DNA from: an uncultured virus (IMG/VR IMGVR_UViG_3300028380_000008)
Taxonomy: Duplodnaviria; Heunggongvirae; Uroviricota; Caudoviricetes
Reading direction: 5' to 3' (one strand)
DNA: 54,986 nt
IMG/VR virus record: IMGVR_UViG_3300028380_000008
Of this stretch, positions 8,351 to 17,333 are shown piece by piece. The stretch's first letter is position 1. The number at the start of each line of letters is the position of its first letter. The notes below the pieces were generated by a model. The model had not been told where the DNA came from and made no database searches. It worked only from the letters and a program-made list of their open reading frames with translations. Made by a program: the position numbers and the translations under genes.

Positions 8351-11300
8351 GTGAGTGACCGGCCGCCGACCCAATTCGCCGAGACGCCGAAGCAAGCTCG
8401 GCGTCTCATGGACGAGCTCTACAGGGAAGCTTACCTGCGTGGGAGGGTAACCGCGGTCGACACCGAGTTCGTCCCCGTCACGCACGAGCCGGTCCTGCTG
8501 TCCTACTCCTGGGGCAGCGGGATCCGGCGCGTCGTGCGCGCCGAGCTGGTCAAGGAGTTCTTCGGGGACTGGCTGACCGACCGCCAGTCCAAGATCGCCT
8601 ACCAGAACTACAAGGAGGACGTCGAGACCATGGAGGCGATCGGGCTGCCGCGGAGCGGCCTCGTCGACTCGTTCTACGCCGACGTCATGATCATGGGCGT
8701 CCTCCGCGACGAGACTCTCCTGAAGCACGGCCTCAAGGCTCAGATGTTCCACTGGCTGAAGTGGTTCCGCCGCGAGTACGGGCAGCTGTTCTGTTACGTG
8801 CCGCTCGGCAAGAAGAAGGCGATCGTCATGGACCCTCGGCAGGTCATGGACGACCTCCCGCCGGACGCCGTGACCAACGCGGTGGTGAAGTGGGGCGGGT
8901 CGAAGGGTGACCACAAGACAGGCGAGATGACCCGGGACGCGTGGCGCCAGCTGATGGTCGACTACGCCGGCGACGACGCGGAGGGCACGCAGGTCCTGGC
9001 GGTGAAGCACCGCCGGTACCTGAAGCAGACCGGGTACTGGGACGCGTACGTCGCGGTCGACAGGCCGTTCACGCTCACGCTGATGCAGTGCGAGGACGCG
9101 GGCGCCTTCATCGACCAGCCGATCCTGCGCAAGATCCTCCGCAAGCAGGAGATCCGCATCATACGCGCGCAGCACTGCTTCCGCGCCGCCGCCGGGAACC
9201 CGAGCTTGAACCTGCGGTCCGGGCCGCAGATGAAGAAGCTGCTGTTCGACGAGTGGGGTTGGCCAGAGCACCCGTCGGTGGAGACCGACAGCGGCGGGCT
9301 GTCGATGGACAAGGAGGTGCTCCAGTGGTGGTTGAAAGAGCACAAGCTCCAGATGGCAGAGGTGAAGTTGGCGTTCAACAACGCCAGCACGATGAAGGGC
9401 ACGTTCTTGCTCGGGATCCTGAACGGGTTGAGCGACGATGGTCGGCTGCGCTCAGACCTTAACCAGATAGGAGCCAAGACGTCTGGCAGGATCAGTTCAA
9501 GAAAATTTGACGTTTTGAAAGAGAAGACCAAGACGCTCAAGTCTGGAGTAGTCAAGACTTGGATCGAGAAGAAGAAGGCCGGAGCGAACCTGCAGAATAT
9601 CCCAGCTCGTAAGGAGAAGGATCCCGACGGCATCCGCGGGGCGTTTCGAGCCCCGTACGTCGGGGAGGTCACCGCGTGGGGCGACGCGGCGACGGAGCCC
9701 CACAAGCTGCTCGTGGCCGACTACAGCGGCTTCCACCTGGTGCTCGTCATCCATTTCTGCGCGAAGTTGACCAACGAGTCGGCGATGCTCGAGATCATGA
9801 GGAAGTACAAGACGCCGAGCGCCGTGCACGTGTACACGACGATCGAGATGTTCAAGCACGCGAAGCCGCACAGGTGCGACGCGTCGACCTGCAAGGACAA
9901 GACCGGGAACTGGAAGAAGCACCACGGAGAGGGCAAGCTGTACTCGCTCAAGGAATTCACCATGGACGACTGGGCCATGGTGAAGCCGCTGTTCCCCGAC
10001 CAGTACACCTACGCCAAGAACTGTGTTACGGGCGAGACGATGATCCTGACCGAGCGCGGGTACAGGAGGATCGACGAGCTATGCGCCGGAGCGCCCATCG
10101 GGCGGTCGAAGCCAGCGACCCCGATCCGCATCGTGACGCGCGACGGTCTGCGCGAGGTCGCCGACCTGTACCGAGGCGGGTCGCAGCCAGTGAAGAAGGT
10201 GACGACCGAGCTCGGGTTCGCGGTGCGGGCGAACGACTCGCACGACATGCCGGTGGTGCGCGGCGGCAAGATCGAGATGGTGAAGGTCGCTGATATGGTG
10301 GTAGGTGACCTCTGCGTGATCAAGTTCGGGAGCGACGTCCACGGACAGTCGAGACAGGTCCCGCAGATGGTGCAGGGCGGCGCGACCAGCTACAAACCGA
10401 TCGACCTGCCTCGGGAGCTGACGCCGGAGGTCGCCCGTTTGCTTGGCTACTACGTATCCGAGGGCTACTCGGTGAAGTCGAACACGACGTACTACACGTC
10501 GTTCGGATTCGGGCCTGGGGACGACGACATGGTGATCGACGTGGAGCGGTGCCTGCGATCGGTTGTCGGGTCGCGCCTGAGGGCAGCCGAGGAGGGACCA
10601 GCTCGCAGGCTCTACGTCACCAGCAAGGACCTGTACGAGTGGTGGAGGTTCCTCGGGTGCGGGGAGTCGTCCGAGGACAAGCAGATCCCTCCGTGCGTGC
10701 TGTCAGCTCCGTGGGACGTCAAGCGCGAGTTCCTGCGCGCGTACTTCGCCGGCGACGGCAGCGCCCACAACGGAGTCGTCAAGGCGACGAGCAAGTCGGA
10801 GCTCCTCATCCGCCAGCTTCAGGGGGAGCTGATCAACGTCGGGATCGCATGCAGCGTGGTGTCAGGCGAGATCGTCGACTACGGCGTGTTCTGGTCCTTG
10901 CAAATCGCGGCAGCTCGATATGTCCAGCGGTTCGCTCAGTACGTCGGGTTCGCGTCGGAGCGCAAGCAGCAATCGGTGAGCTCGGTGTCGCGCTCCATCG
11001 ACCACTCTACACTCAGGCTAGAAGGCTTCGAGGGTGAGCACCAGACGTTCTACGACCGCGCCGTCGGAGACCTCCGTCAGCGCGTCGGGCAGTGCATCCG
11101 AGGGACCTGTCGGTTCGGCGAGAACATCGTCAGGAGATTGGACCAGGTGGAGGCGCTCTCCGGAACCGAGGTCGAGAAGATGGTCGACGACGGATTATGG
11201 ACGGTGCGCGTGACGTCGATCGAGCCGGACGGAGAGGCCGAGGTGTTCGACCTCTACGAGCCGGTGCACAAGATGATGGTCGCCAGCGGTCTATTGGTTG

Positions 11301-11881
11301 GTGACACCAACTTCGCCCTCATCTTCCTCGGGTCGCCGTGGACGCTCGCCTACAACACGGGGCGTGACGCGAACAACGAGGCGGAGCTCGAGGAGTGCAA
11401 GCGCCACTACGACGACTGGTACGCGCTGTACCCGGAGGTCGCGCTGTACCAGCGCCACATGGTCGACCACGCGTACGAGCACGGGTGGGTCCCCACGATC
11501 GGTGGGCGCCGCGGCCACGTGCGCCGGATGCTCGAGGGGTGCGACATCAACGGTAAGTACATCCACGACGACGACAAGCGCAAGAAGATGATCAAGCACG
11601 GGGAGAGGGTGGCGACCAACATCCCCGCACAAGGGAGCGAAGCGGACATCGTCAAGATGGCGCTCAACCTGATCCGGACCAGCAAGCCGATGCGGGAGAT
11701 GCGGGTAGCTCCGCTGTTCCCGGTGCACGACGAGGTCGTGTGCGAGGGTCCGGCGCGCACCGCGGAGGCGGGGCTCGCGGAGCAGATCCGACTCATGAAG
11801 GAGCCGTACCGCGACCAGATGGAGGTCGAGCTTGCAGTAGAGGGAGGAATCGGAGATAACTGGATATCGGCCAAGCCGTAG
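8351..11881 (+). CDS. polA: family A DNA polymerase (3'-5' exo + pol) containing an intein
   Basis: ExoI VDTEF, ExoIII YAGDDA, TSGRISS, NLQNIP, motif A ADYSG, motif B AKN|TNF, NIPAQG, motif C VHDE. Confidence 0.92.
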   Translation: MSDRPPTQFAETPKQARRLMDELYREAYLRGRVTAVDTEFVPVTHEPVLLSYSWGSGIRRVVRAELVKEFFGDWLTDRQSKIAYQNYKEDVETMEAIGLPRSGLVDSFYADVMIMGVLRDETLLKHGLKAQMFHWLKWFRREYGQLFCYVPLGKKKAIVMDPRQVMDDLPPDAVTNAVVKWGGSKGDHKTGEMTRDAWRQLMVDYAGDDAEGTQVLAVKHRRYLKQTGYWDAYVAVDRPFTLTLMQCEDAGAFIDQPILRKILRKQEIRIIRAQHCFRAAAGNPSLNLRSGPQMKKLLFDEWGWPEHPSVETDSGGLSMDKEVLQWWLKEHKLQMAEVKLAFNNASTMKGTFLLGILNGLSDDGRLRSDLNQIGAKTSGRISSRKFDVLKEKTKTLKSGVVKTWIEKKKAGANLQNIPARKEKDPDGIRGAFRAPYVGEVTAWGDAATEPHKLLVADYSGFHLVLVIHFCAKLTNESAMLEIMRKYKTPSAVHVYTTIEMFKHAKPHRCDASTCKDKTGNWKKHHGEGKLYSLKEFTMDDWAMVKPLFPDQYTYAKNCVTGETMILTERGYRRIDELCAGAPIGRSKPATPIRIVTRDGLREVADLYRGGSQPVKKVTTELGFAVRANDSHDMPVVRGGKIEMVKVADMVVGDLCVIKFGSDVHGQSRQVPQMVQGGATSYKPIDLPRELTPEVARLLGYYVSEGYSVKSNTTYYTSFGFGPGDDDMVIDVERCLRSVVGSRLRAAEEGPARRLYVTSKDLYEWWRFLGCGESSEDKQIPPCVLSAPWDVKREFLRAYFAGDGSAHNGVVKATSKSELLIRQLQGELINVGIACSVVSGEIVDYGVFWSLQIAAARYVQRFAQYVGFASERKQQSVSSVSRSIDHSTLRLEGFEGEHQTFYDRAVGDLRQRVGQCIRGTCRFGENIVRRLDQVEALSGTEVEKMVDDGLWTVRVTSIEPDGEAEVFDLYEPVHKMMVASGLLVGDTNFALIFLGSPWTLAYNTGRDANNEAELEECKRHYDDWYALYPEVALYQRHMVDHAYEHGWVPTIGGRRGHVRRMLEGCDINGKYIHDDDKRKKMIKHGERVATNIPAQGSEADIVKMALNLIRTSKPMREMRVAPLFPVHDEVVCEGPARTAEAGLAEQIRLMKEPYRDQMEVELAVEGGIGDNWISAKP
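10022..11305 (+). mobile_element. 428-aa intein with LAGLIDADG homing endonuclease, in polymerase motif B
   Basis: Starts CVTGETMILT; block B ANDSH; LLGYYVSEG and FLRAYFAGDG; ends VFDLY…SGLLVGD then Thr; removal restores AKNTNF. Confidence 0.88.
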
Positions 11882-12079
11882 ATGAATAGAGGCAAGTTGA
11901 CAATGAGACCAGAAGAGTGGATATGCGCGGCTCTTTCAGTAGGAGCGGCGGAGGACAACTTCACGGTCATCGGAGTCGAGGGGCTCGGTAAGAACCGCGG
12001 GTCGCGCGTCAGGGTCCTGCATAAGGTGACCGGCGCCGTGTGGGTGTTCACGTGCAGAGTAGAGAGAGAAGGCGCGTGA
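11882..12079 (+). CDS. hypothetical protein
   Basis: ORF abutting the polA stop. Confidence 0.55.
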   Translation: MNRGKLTMRPEEWICAALSVGAAEDNFTVIGVEGLGKNRGSRVRVLHKVTGAVWVFTCRVEREGA

Positions 12080-12111
12080 AGTTCTGGGGATGCATGTAGA
12101 GATGGTGAATT

Positions 12112-12393
12112 ATGACAGCGCATCGTAGCAAGCCAACCATCACACCGGAACGCATCGCGTGGTTCCGCTCCTATAAGGATCGGAACCCGGAGTGGGGCGT
12201 GTTCCACGTATCGCTGGCGGACCACAACTACGACCGTGGAGCATCCGAGTTCAAGATGCATGTGGGGTCGGACTGCACGATCTGGGACCTGCCTCGCAGT
12301 GAGTGGTCGGCGGACGAGCGCGACGCGGCCGACTGGTTCGACAAGTTGACGCCGTCGCAGCGCAGGCGGCTCGCGCGGAAGGCATCGTCGTGA
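12112..12393 (+). CDS. hypothetical protein
   Basis: ATG ORF, GTGA overlap with the next gene. Confidence 0.65.
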   Translation: MTAHRSKPTITPERIAWFRSYKDRNPEWGVFHVSLADHNYDRGASEFKMHVGSDCTIWDLPRSEWSADERDAADWFDKLTPSQRRRLARKASS

Positions 12394-12845
12394 AGTTTTG
12401 GGAGCGCCGCGAGGTCGGGCCGATCGACGCGGTCCACCCGATGACGAAGAAGCTCATCAAGGTGTACCCGCAGAGGGACGCGCGCATCAGCCACGACCTC
12501 GACGCGGAGCTGCGCCGCATGCCGGGGCTCCTGTCGTGGTGGATGGCTCTCCGGGACGAGGCCGAGAGGCACGTCAAGGAGATGCGCCACGCGGAGCACA
12601 ACGTCGACGAGGACCTCTACGAGGAGTACCGCGGTAAAGCGGTCAAGGCCGCCACCGAGACCTCGATTAAGATGGCCGTCAAGCGGGACCCAAGGATGCG
12701 CCGCGCGTTCCGCGCGCGCATGGACGCGGAGGACATGCACAGGCGGCTGAAGTCCTCGGTCGAGGCGATCATGGAGAAGCGCTGGAGCCTGCAGGGGCTC
12801 GTGAAGAACGCCGCGCAGGAGCGCGGAGTGAAGGACCACGCATGA
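12390..12845 (+). CDS. UvsY-like recombination mediator
   Basis: ~150-aa helical protein with TETSIKMAVKRDP…EAIMEKRWSL; next to SSB and RecA. Confidence 0.6.
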   Translation: MKFWERREVGPIDAVHPMTKKLIKVYPQRDARISHDLDAELRRMPGLLSWWMALRDEAERHVKEMRHAEHNVDEDLYEEYRGKAVKAATETSIKMAVKRDPRMRRAFRARMDAEDMHRRLKSSVEAIMEKRWSLQGLVKNAAQERGVKDHA

Positions 12846-13126
12846 GGGAAGACTCGAGAGCGTACGAGAGCGGACCGAATGGCAACCGTCTGCACTTCCA
12901 CGACGGAGGCACGTGCCACGGCAGCTCCTCGTTGAGCGAGTGCGCCGAGCAGGCGATCTCCAACGCGTGGGTCGGCAAGATCCTCGAAGTCGAGGACCGC
13001 TACAGAGACGGCACAGTTGTCAAGTGCTACAGCTTGATTGCCGGAGCCTTCGATCATCACGGCAAGCGCGGAAGGTACGTTGCCGATGTGAAGATGGTGG
13101 TGGTGCCAATCGAGATGGAAACTTGA
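12842..13126 (+). CDS. hypothetical protein
   Basis: ATGA overlap with the upstream gene. Confidence 0.6.
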   Translation: MREDSRAYESGPNGNRLHFHDGGTCHGSSSLSECAEQAISNAWVGKILEVEDRYRDGTVVKCYSLIAGAFDHHGKRGRYVADVKMVVVPIEMET

Positions 13127-13159
13127 ACACAAAAACTTGAACTCGGGAGCCTGAACCAA

Positions 13160-14113
13160 ATGAAGAGTGACAAGAACAAGAAGACGAAGAAGTCCAACGA
13201 CGATCTCGACGAGATGCGGGAAGCGTTCCGACGCCACAACGAGCGCGCCAACGGGGGCGGCGGTGGAGGGAAAAACGACTACATCAAGCTGGCGGACGGC
13301 AAGAACTGGCTGTTCATCTTGCCGAGGCCAGGAGAGCGGAAGTTCTACACCGAGGGTTGGACGCACTTCAACGTCGGGCCGAACAACCGGGCGATCCGGT
13401 GCATCGACGAGGCGCACATCAACCTCGAGAGAGGGCTCCCCGAGAGCGGGACGCGCTGTCCGCTTTGTAAGAAGTTCCTACGCGAGCAAGCTCGCGTGAA
13501 CAGCGAGTACGAGAAGGGCGACGCGGACGGTCAAGCCGAGTGGAAGCGCGCCAAGGACAAGTGGTGCGCGCGTCACCAATACTACTCCAACACGCTTCGC
13601 GAAGACGACGAGGGTGACTTCGAGGTCAAGATCCTCGCGTACGGACCTCAGATCTGGGGTCAGCTGATGAACTACTACGTCGGAGACGACACCGACGTCG
13701 GAGACTTCACCAACCCGGAGTCCGGGACGTGGTTGAACATCAAGAAGGACAACAAGGGCGGCGGAAACTCTAAACGACGACGCAACGTGGAGTACAAGGT
13801 GTTCCCGGTCGACGGTCCCGGCATCAATGATGCATGGGGCGCGATCAAGGACGCGCTCCACGACCTCGACGGAGCGGCGGGCAAGGTCATCTCCTCCGAC
13901 GAGATGATCGCGATCATGAAGGGCGTCGACGCCGACAAGGATTCTGACGACGACGTCAGCGACAGCCGGAGCAAGCGTATCAAGCGGCGTGACGATGACG
14001 ATGACGATGACGATGACGGTGACGATGACGGTGACGATGACGGTGACGATCGTCCCGTGAAATCTAAGCTCGGGAGCAAGATCAAGAAGCACCGTCGCGA
14101 CGACAGGTCGTGA
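13160..14113 (+). CDS. gp32-like single-stranded DNA-binding protein
   Basis: IKLADGKNWLFILP, H…C…CPLC Zn ligands, DFTNPESG, acidic C-terminal tract (GACGATGACGGT repeats ~13991-14050). Confidence 0.75.
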   Translation: MKSDKNKKTKKSNDDLDEMREAFRRHNERANGGGGGGKNDYIKLADGKNWLFILPRPGERKFYTEGWTHFNVGPNNRAIRCIDEAHINLERGLPESGTRCPLCKKFLREQARVNSEYEKGDADGQAEWKRAKDKWCARHQYYSNTLREDDEGDFEVKILAYGPQIWGQLMNYYVGDDTDVGDFTNPESGTWLNIKKDNKGGGNSKRRRNVEYKVFPVDGPGINDAWGAIKDALHDLDGAAGKVISSDEMIAIMKGVDADKDSDDDVSDSRSKRIKRRDDDDDDDDDGDDDGDDDGDDRPVKSKLGSKIKKHRRDDRS

Positions 14114-15105
14114 CGATGTCGAAGATGAGCAAGGATGCGAGAGCTGACATGGTGCGCGAGATGCGCGCGCGGCACAGCTCTCGCGCGAGCGTGCGACCCG
14201 CCGCACCGACCCCAGTGCAGGACAAGGCGTTCGGCAAGTTGTCGCTGGCGCTGTCGAAGAAGTACAAAGGAGAGGTCTTCACCACGATCGCTAACGGGAC
14301 GCGCGCGTCGAGCATCGACGCCGTCCCGTCCGGGTGGCGGGAGCTCGACGACCTGGTCACCGGGGAGACGGATCGGGACGCCAAGACGGTGGCCGGGTCC
14401 GGTCTGGGGTGGCCGCGCGGCCGGATCATCGAGATATTCGGGGACGAAGGTGTTGGAAAAACCTCCCTCGCGCTCCACATCATCGTCGCCGTCCAGGGAC
14501 AGGGTGAGCGCTGCGCGTTCGTGGACGCCGAGCACGCGCTCGACGTGTCGTACGCGGCCAAGCTGGGCGTCGACCTGGCCAAGCTCGTGCTCAACCAGCC
14601 CGACCGCGGCGGCGAGCAGGCCCTCGACATCGTCACATCGCTGTGTGAGAGCAAGCTGTTCGGGTGCGTGGTGGTCGACTCGGTGGCCGCGCTCACGCCG
14701 CTCGCCGAGCTCGAGCTGGACCTGGAGGACAGCGCGCAGCCCGGAGGTCACGCGCGCCTGATGTCGCGGGCGCTGCGCAAGCTGGCGTCGATCGTGAGGA
14801 AGACGGGGACGATCCTCGTCTTCCTCAATCAGACCAGGATGAAGATCGGGATCAAGTACGGCAACCCGAAGACCACCACCGGAGGGAACGCGCTCAAGTT
14901 CTACGCGAGCGTGCGCTTCGAGATGGTCGTGGTGAAGACCAAGAAGAGGGGCGACCGCGTCCAGTTCCGCCGGACCAGGATCCGGGCGGTCAAGAACAAG
15001 GTCGCGCCGCCGTTCCGCGACGTGTTCGCCGATGTCTACCCGAACAGAGGGATTGTGGACGTCCACGGCGACCCGGACCTCGGTGAGGGTTCAGATGATG
15101 ACTGA
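14110..15105 (+). CDS. recA: RecA recombinase, C-terminally truncated
   Basis: GWPRGRIIEIFG, GDEGVGKT, FVDAEHALD, VVVDSVAAL, ARLMSRALRK, TTTGGNALKFYASVR, KNKVAPPF. Confidence 0.95.
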   Translation: MTMSKMSKDARADMVREMRARHSSRASVRPAAPTPVQDKAFGKLSLALSKKYKGEVFTTIANGTRASSIDAVPSGWRELDDLVTGETDRDAKTVAGSGLGWPRGRIIEIFGDEGVGKTSLALHIIVAVQGQGERCAFVDAEHALDVSYAAKLGVDLAKLVLNQPDRGGEQALDIVTSLCESKLFGCVVVDSVAALTPLAELELDLEDSAQPGGHARLMSRALRKLASIVRKTGTILVFLNQTRMKIGIKYGNPKTTTGGNALKFYASVRFEMVVVKTKKRGDRVQFRRTRIRAVKNKVAPPFRDVFADVYPNRGIVDVHGDPDLGEGSDDD

Positions 15106-15292
15106 GTACGAGCCGCGTCCGGAGTTCCTGTCCAGGTTGGAGGCGTCGACCGCGCGGCGTAACGACTTCGTCCTATACTGCAGGTCGTGCGAGTGGGTCG
15201 GGGAGACGAACGCGGCGCACGCGAGGTCGAGCGTGTGTCCGGAATGCAGAGACTACTCCGTCAGGATTTGGCAACACACAGTTAGGAGATGA
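15098..15292 (+). CDS. small Zn-ribbon protein
   Basis: CRSC…CPEC. Confidence 0.55.
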   Translation: MTEYEPRPEFLSRLEASTARRNDFVLYCRSCEWVGETNAAHARSSVCPECRDYSVRIWQHTVRR

Positions 15293-15296
15293 ACCA

Positions 15297-15554
15297 ATGA
15301 GGATGCTTACCGTAACGGACAGCGACATCATCGAGGCGGTCGGGTTCAACCCGACCGACAAGGACAAGTGGCTAGGGACGCTCGGCGTCGTGTTCAAGTC
15401 ATCTGCGAGCGATGTCTACCTGTACGAAGGCGTCAGATACGAGGTCTACGTCAACCTGACTTCGGCGGACAGCATCGGCAAGTCGTTCCACGAGCTGTTC
15501 AGGAAAACGAAGTATCCGTTCACCAAGAGCGCGAGACCGACGCTCAACAAGTGA
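15297..15554 (+). CDS. KTSC domain protein
   Basis: VTDSDIIEAVGFN…LGVVFKS…YLYEGV…ADSIGKSFH. Confidence 0.8.
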   Translation: MRMLTVTDSDIIEAVGFNPTDKDKWLGTLGVVFKSSASDVYLYEGVRYEVYVNLTSADSIGKSFHELFRKTKYPFTKSARPTLNK

Positions 15555-15562
15555 ACATTTAG

Positions 15563-15593
15563 GTTGACGACGTCACCAAACTCCAACTAGAGT
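15563..15593 (+). promoter_or_regulatory. operator GTTGAC-GAC-GTCACC overlapping a promoter
   Basis: TTGACG 15564-69, TAGAGT 15588-93; ATG 7 nt later. Confidence 0.7.
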
Positions 15594-15600
15594 TAGCAAC

Positions 15601-17103
15601 ATGAGATTGATTGGTTACTTGGTCATGTGTGTAGCGGTCGGCTGCGCGTCGCCGCCCACGTCCCGCGCATCGCAACGGTCGACCGCGGCGTGCACCTCCG
15701 CCAGGAGCTTCGGCGCGATCCCGGACGACGGCGAGGACGACCGGGTCGCCCTGCAGGCGGCGCTGGACGCGTGCGCCGGGGCCGTGGTCGACCTCGAGCC
15801 TGGGGTCTACCGCGTGGTCACGCCGGCGCGCCCCGCTGGCCGCCCGCTGGCGATGCTGAGCCTGCCCGACGGCACGTCCCTGGAGGGCAGGAGCGCGGCG
15901 TCCACGACGATCGAGTTCTCCGGCGACAACGGGAAGCTCGACTGGCGAGGGTTCCAGCTCGCCAGCGGGACCGCGCTGCGGCGTCTGAAGCTGGTCAGCT
16001 CGTTCGTCGCTGGGTCCACCGTGGAGCAGACCCACGTCGCCAGGGTGGACGGTCCAGCCCGCGGCGTCCACCTGCAGGACGTCGAGTGCACCCACCCGCA
16101 GAACGGGAGCAAGAGCGGGGATTGCTTCCAGGTGGTCGGGTACCCCCCGGACCAGCTGGTCTGGGACGTCGAGGTCGACCACGTCGACGTCAAGAACGCG
16201 GGGAGGTCTGGAGTGGCGATCCACTCCGGGCTGCGCGGCACCCTACGACCCGACGGCCACTGGACGTCGCGCATCCACGACAACCACTTCCGCGACGTCA
16301 GCGACCAGCCGGTCGACGGCGAGGGGTCGGGCGGCATCGACGGGCTGGAGATCGACCACAACGTGTTCGACTACCCGGCGAACATCGAGGGCTCGGCGTC
16401 AATCCAGATCCAGTCGAGCTCGCGCGTCTTCATCCACGACAACGTGATGAACGGCCGCGGGGTCGACCTCTACGGGTGCGGCGGCTGCGTCCTCGAGCAC
16501 AACAGGATCGACCAGACGGCGCCGGGGTTTCCCGCCGTCCAGCTTAGGAAGCAGGGGAGCGGCGTCAAGTTCGTCGACGAGTCGTACAGCCGGTCCCAGA
16601 GCTCCGGGACCGGCGCGGTCGTGGTCGTGGCTCAGAAGTTGAGCGCGCCGGACAACGTCGCGTTCGACCACGTCACGTTCGTCCAGCGCACGCCGGCTCC
16701 GGTGATCTCGACGATCGGGATCGCCGGGGTCGACGTCCTCAACAGCACGTTGGTTTACGACGGGACCGGGTACATGCCGGGGATGCGGGTCGACGCGCTG
16801 TCGTTCTCCGGGTCGGGTGCGAGCGTGAACCCGTCGTGCACCGACAACCAGGTACCGAGCGACAACCCCGGCGTGAGGACGACCAGGATCCGCGTCCGGG
16901 ACAACGCGGTCTTCGGTCCGTACAGGTCCGTGGTCGTCGTGAGCGGGTCGTACTGCGGGACCGGGTCGCTGGAGGTGACCCGCAACGTCGCGACGGGACC
17001 GCTGCAGGGTCTGCGCTGCGAGGGAGCCGCGGTCGGGTCCGGGATCACGGGACCCGTGGTCGCCAAGGACAACAGCATCCCCGCCAGCTCCTGCGCGATG
17101 TGA
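15601..17103 (+). CDS. lipoprotein with a right-handed beta-helix (pectin-lyase fold)
   Basis: Signal peptide with lipobox AVGC; FGAIPDDGEDDRVALQAALDA…LEPGVY; IHDN/IDHN/LEHN repeats. Confidence 0.8.
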   Translation: MRLIGYLVMCVAVGCASPPTSRASQRSTAACTSARSFGAIPDDGEDDRVALQAALDACAGAVVDLEPGVYRVVTPARPAGRPLAMLSLPDGTSLEGRSAASTTIEFSGDNGKLDWRGFQLASGTALRRLKLVSSFVAGSTVEQTHVARVDGPARGVHLQDVECTHPQNGSKSGDCFQVVGYPPDQLVWDVEVDHVDVKNAGRSGVAIHSGLRGTLRPDGHWTSRIHDNHFRDVSDQPVDGEGSGGIDGLEIDHNVFDYPANIEGSASIQIQSSSRVFIHDNVMNGRGVDLYGCGGCVLEHNRIDQTAPGFPAVQLRKQGSGVKFVDESYSRSQSSGTGAVVVVAQKLSAPDNVAFDHVTFVQRTPAPVISTIGIAGVDVLNSTLVYDGTGYMPGMRVDALSFSGSGASVNPSCTDNQVPSDNPGVRTTRIRVRDNAVFGPYRSVVVVSGSYCGTGSLEVTRNVATGPLQGLRCEGAAVGSGITGPVVAKDNSIPASSCAM

Positions 17104-17120
17104 CCATGCGGTGGCCGACT

Positions 17121-17333
17121 ATGAAAGACATCGTGCTGAGCGCGAAGCACCTCCCGAAGGTCACGATTGGCGCGTCAGTGTCGTTCGACACCGGGCGGCC
17201 GATCGTCGAGTTCCGGTGCGGGGACTACGACGAGTCGTCCCTCACCCCGGCGGAAGCTCGCAGGATGGCGAGGGCTTTGGTGAAGGCCGCGGAGTGCTGC
17301 GACAAGAAGTCGGCGAGCACGAAGGGTCGCTGA
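17121..17333 (+). CDS. hypothetical protein
   Basis: MKDIVLS…LTPAEARRMARALVKAA; TGATG coupling to sbcD. Confidence 0.55.
   Translation: MKDIVLSAKHLPKVTIGASVSFDTGRPIVEFRCGDYDESSLTPAEARRMARALVKAAECCDKKSASTKGR

Noticed and set aside
12345..12359. GTTGAC-GCC-GTCGCA as a twelfth operator
   Set aside because: Core mismatch, lies inside a CDS, no clear -10; the 11896 GTTGACAATGAGACC half-site was rejected likewise
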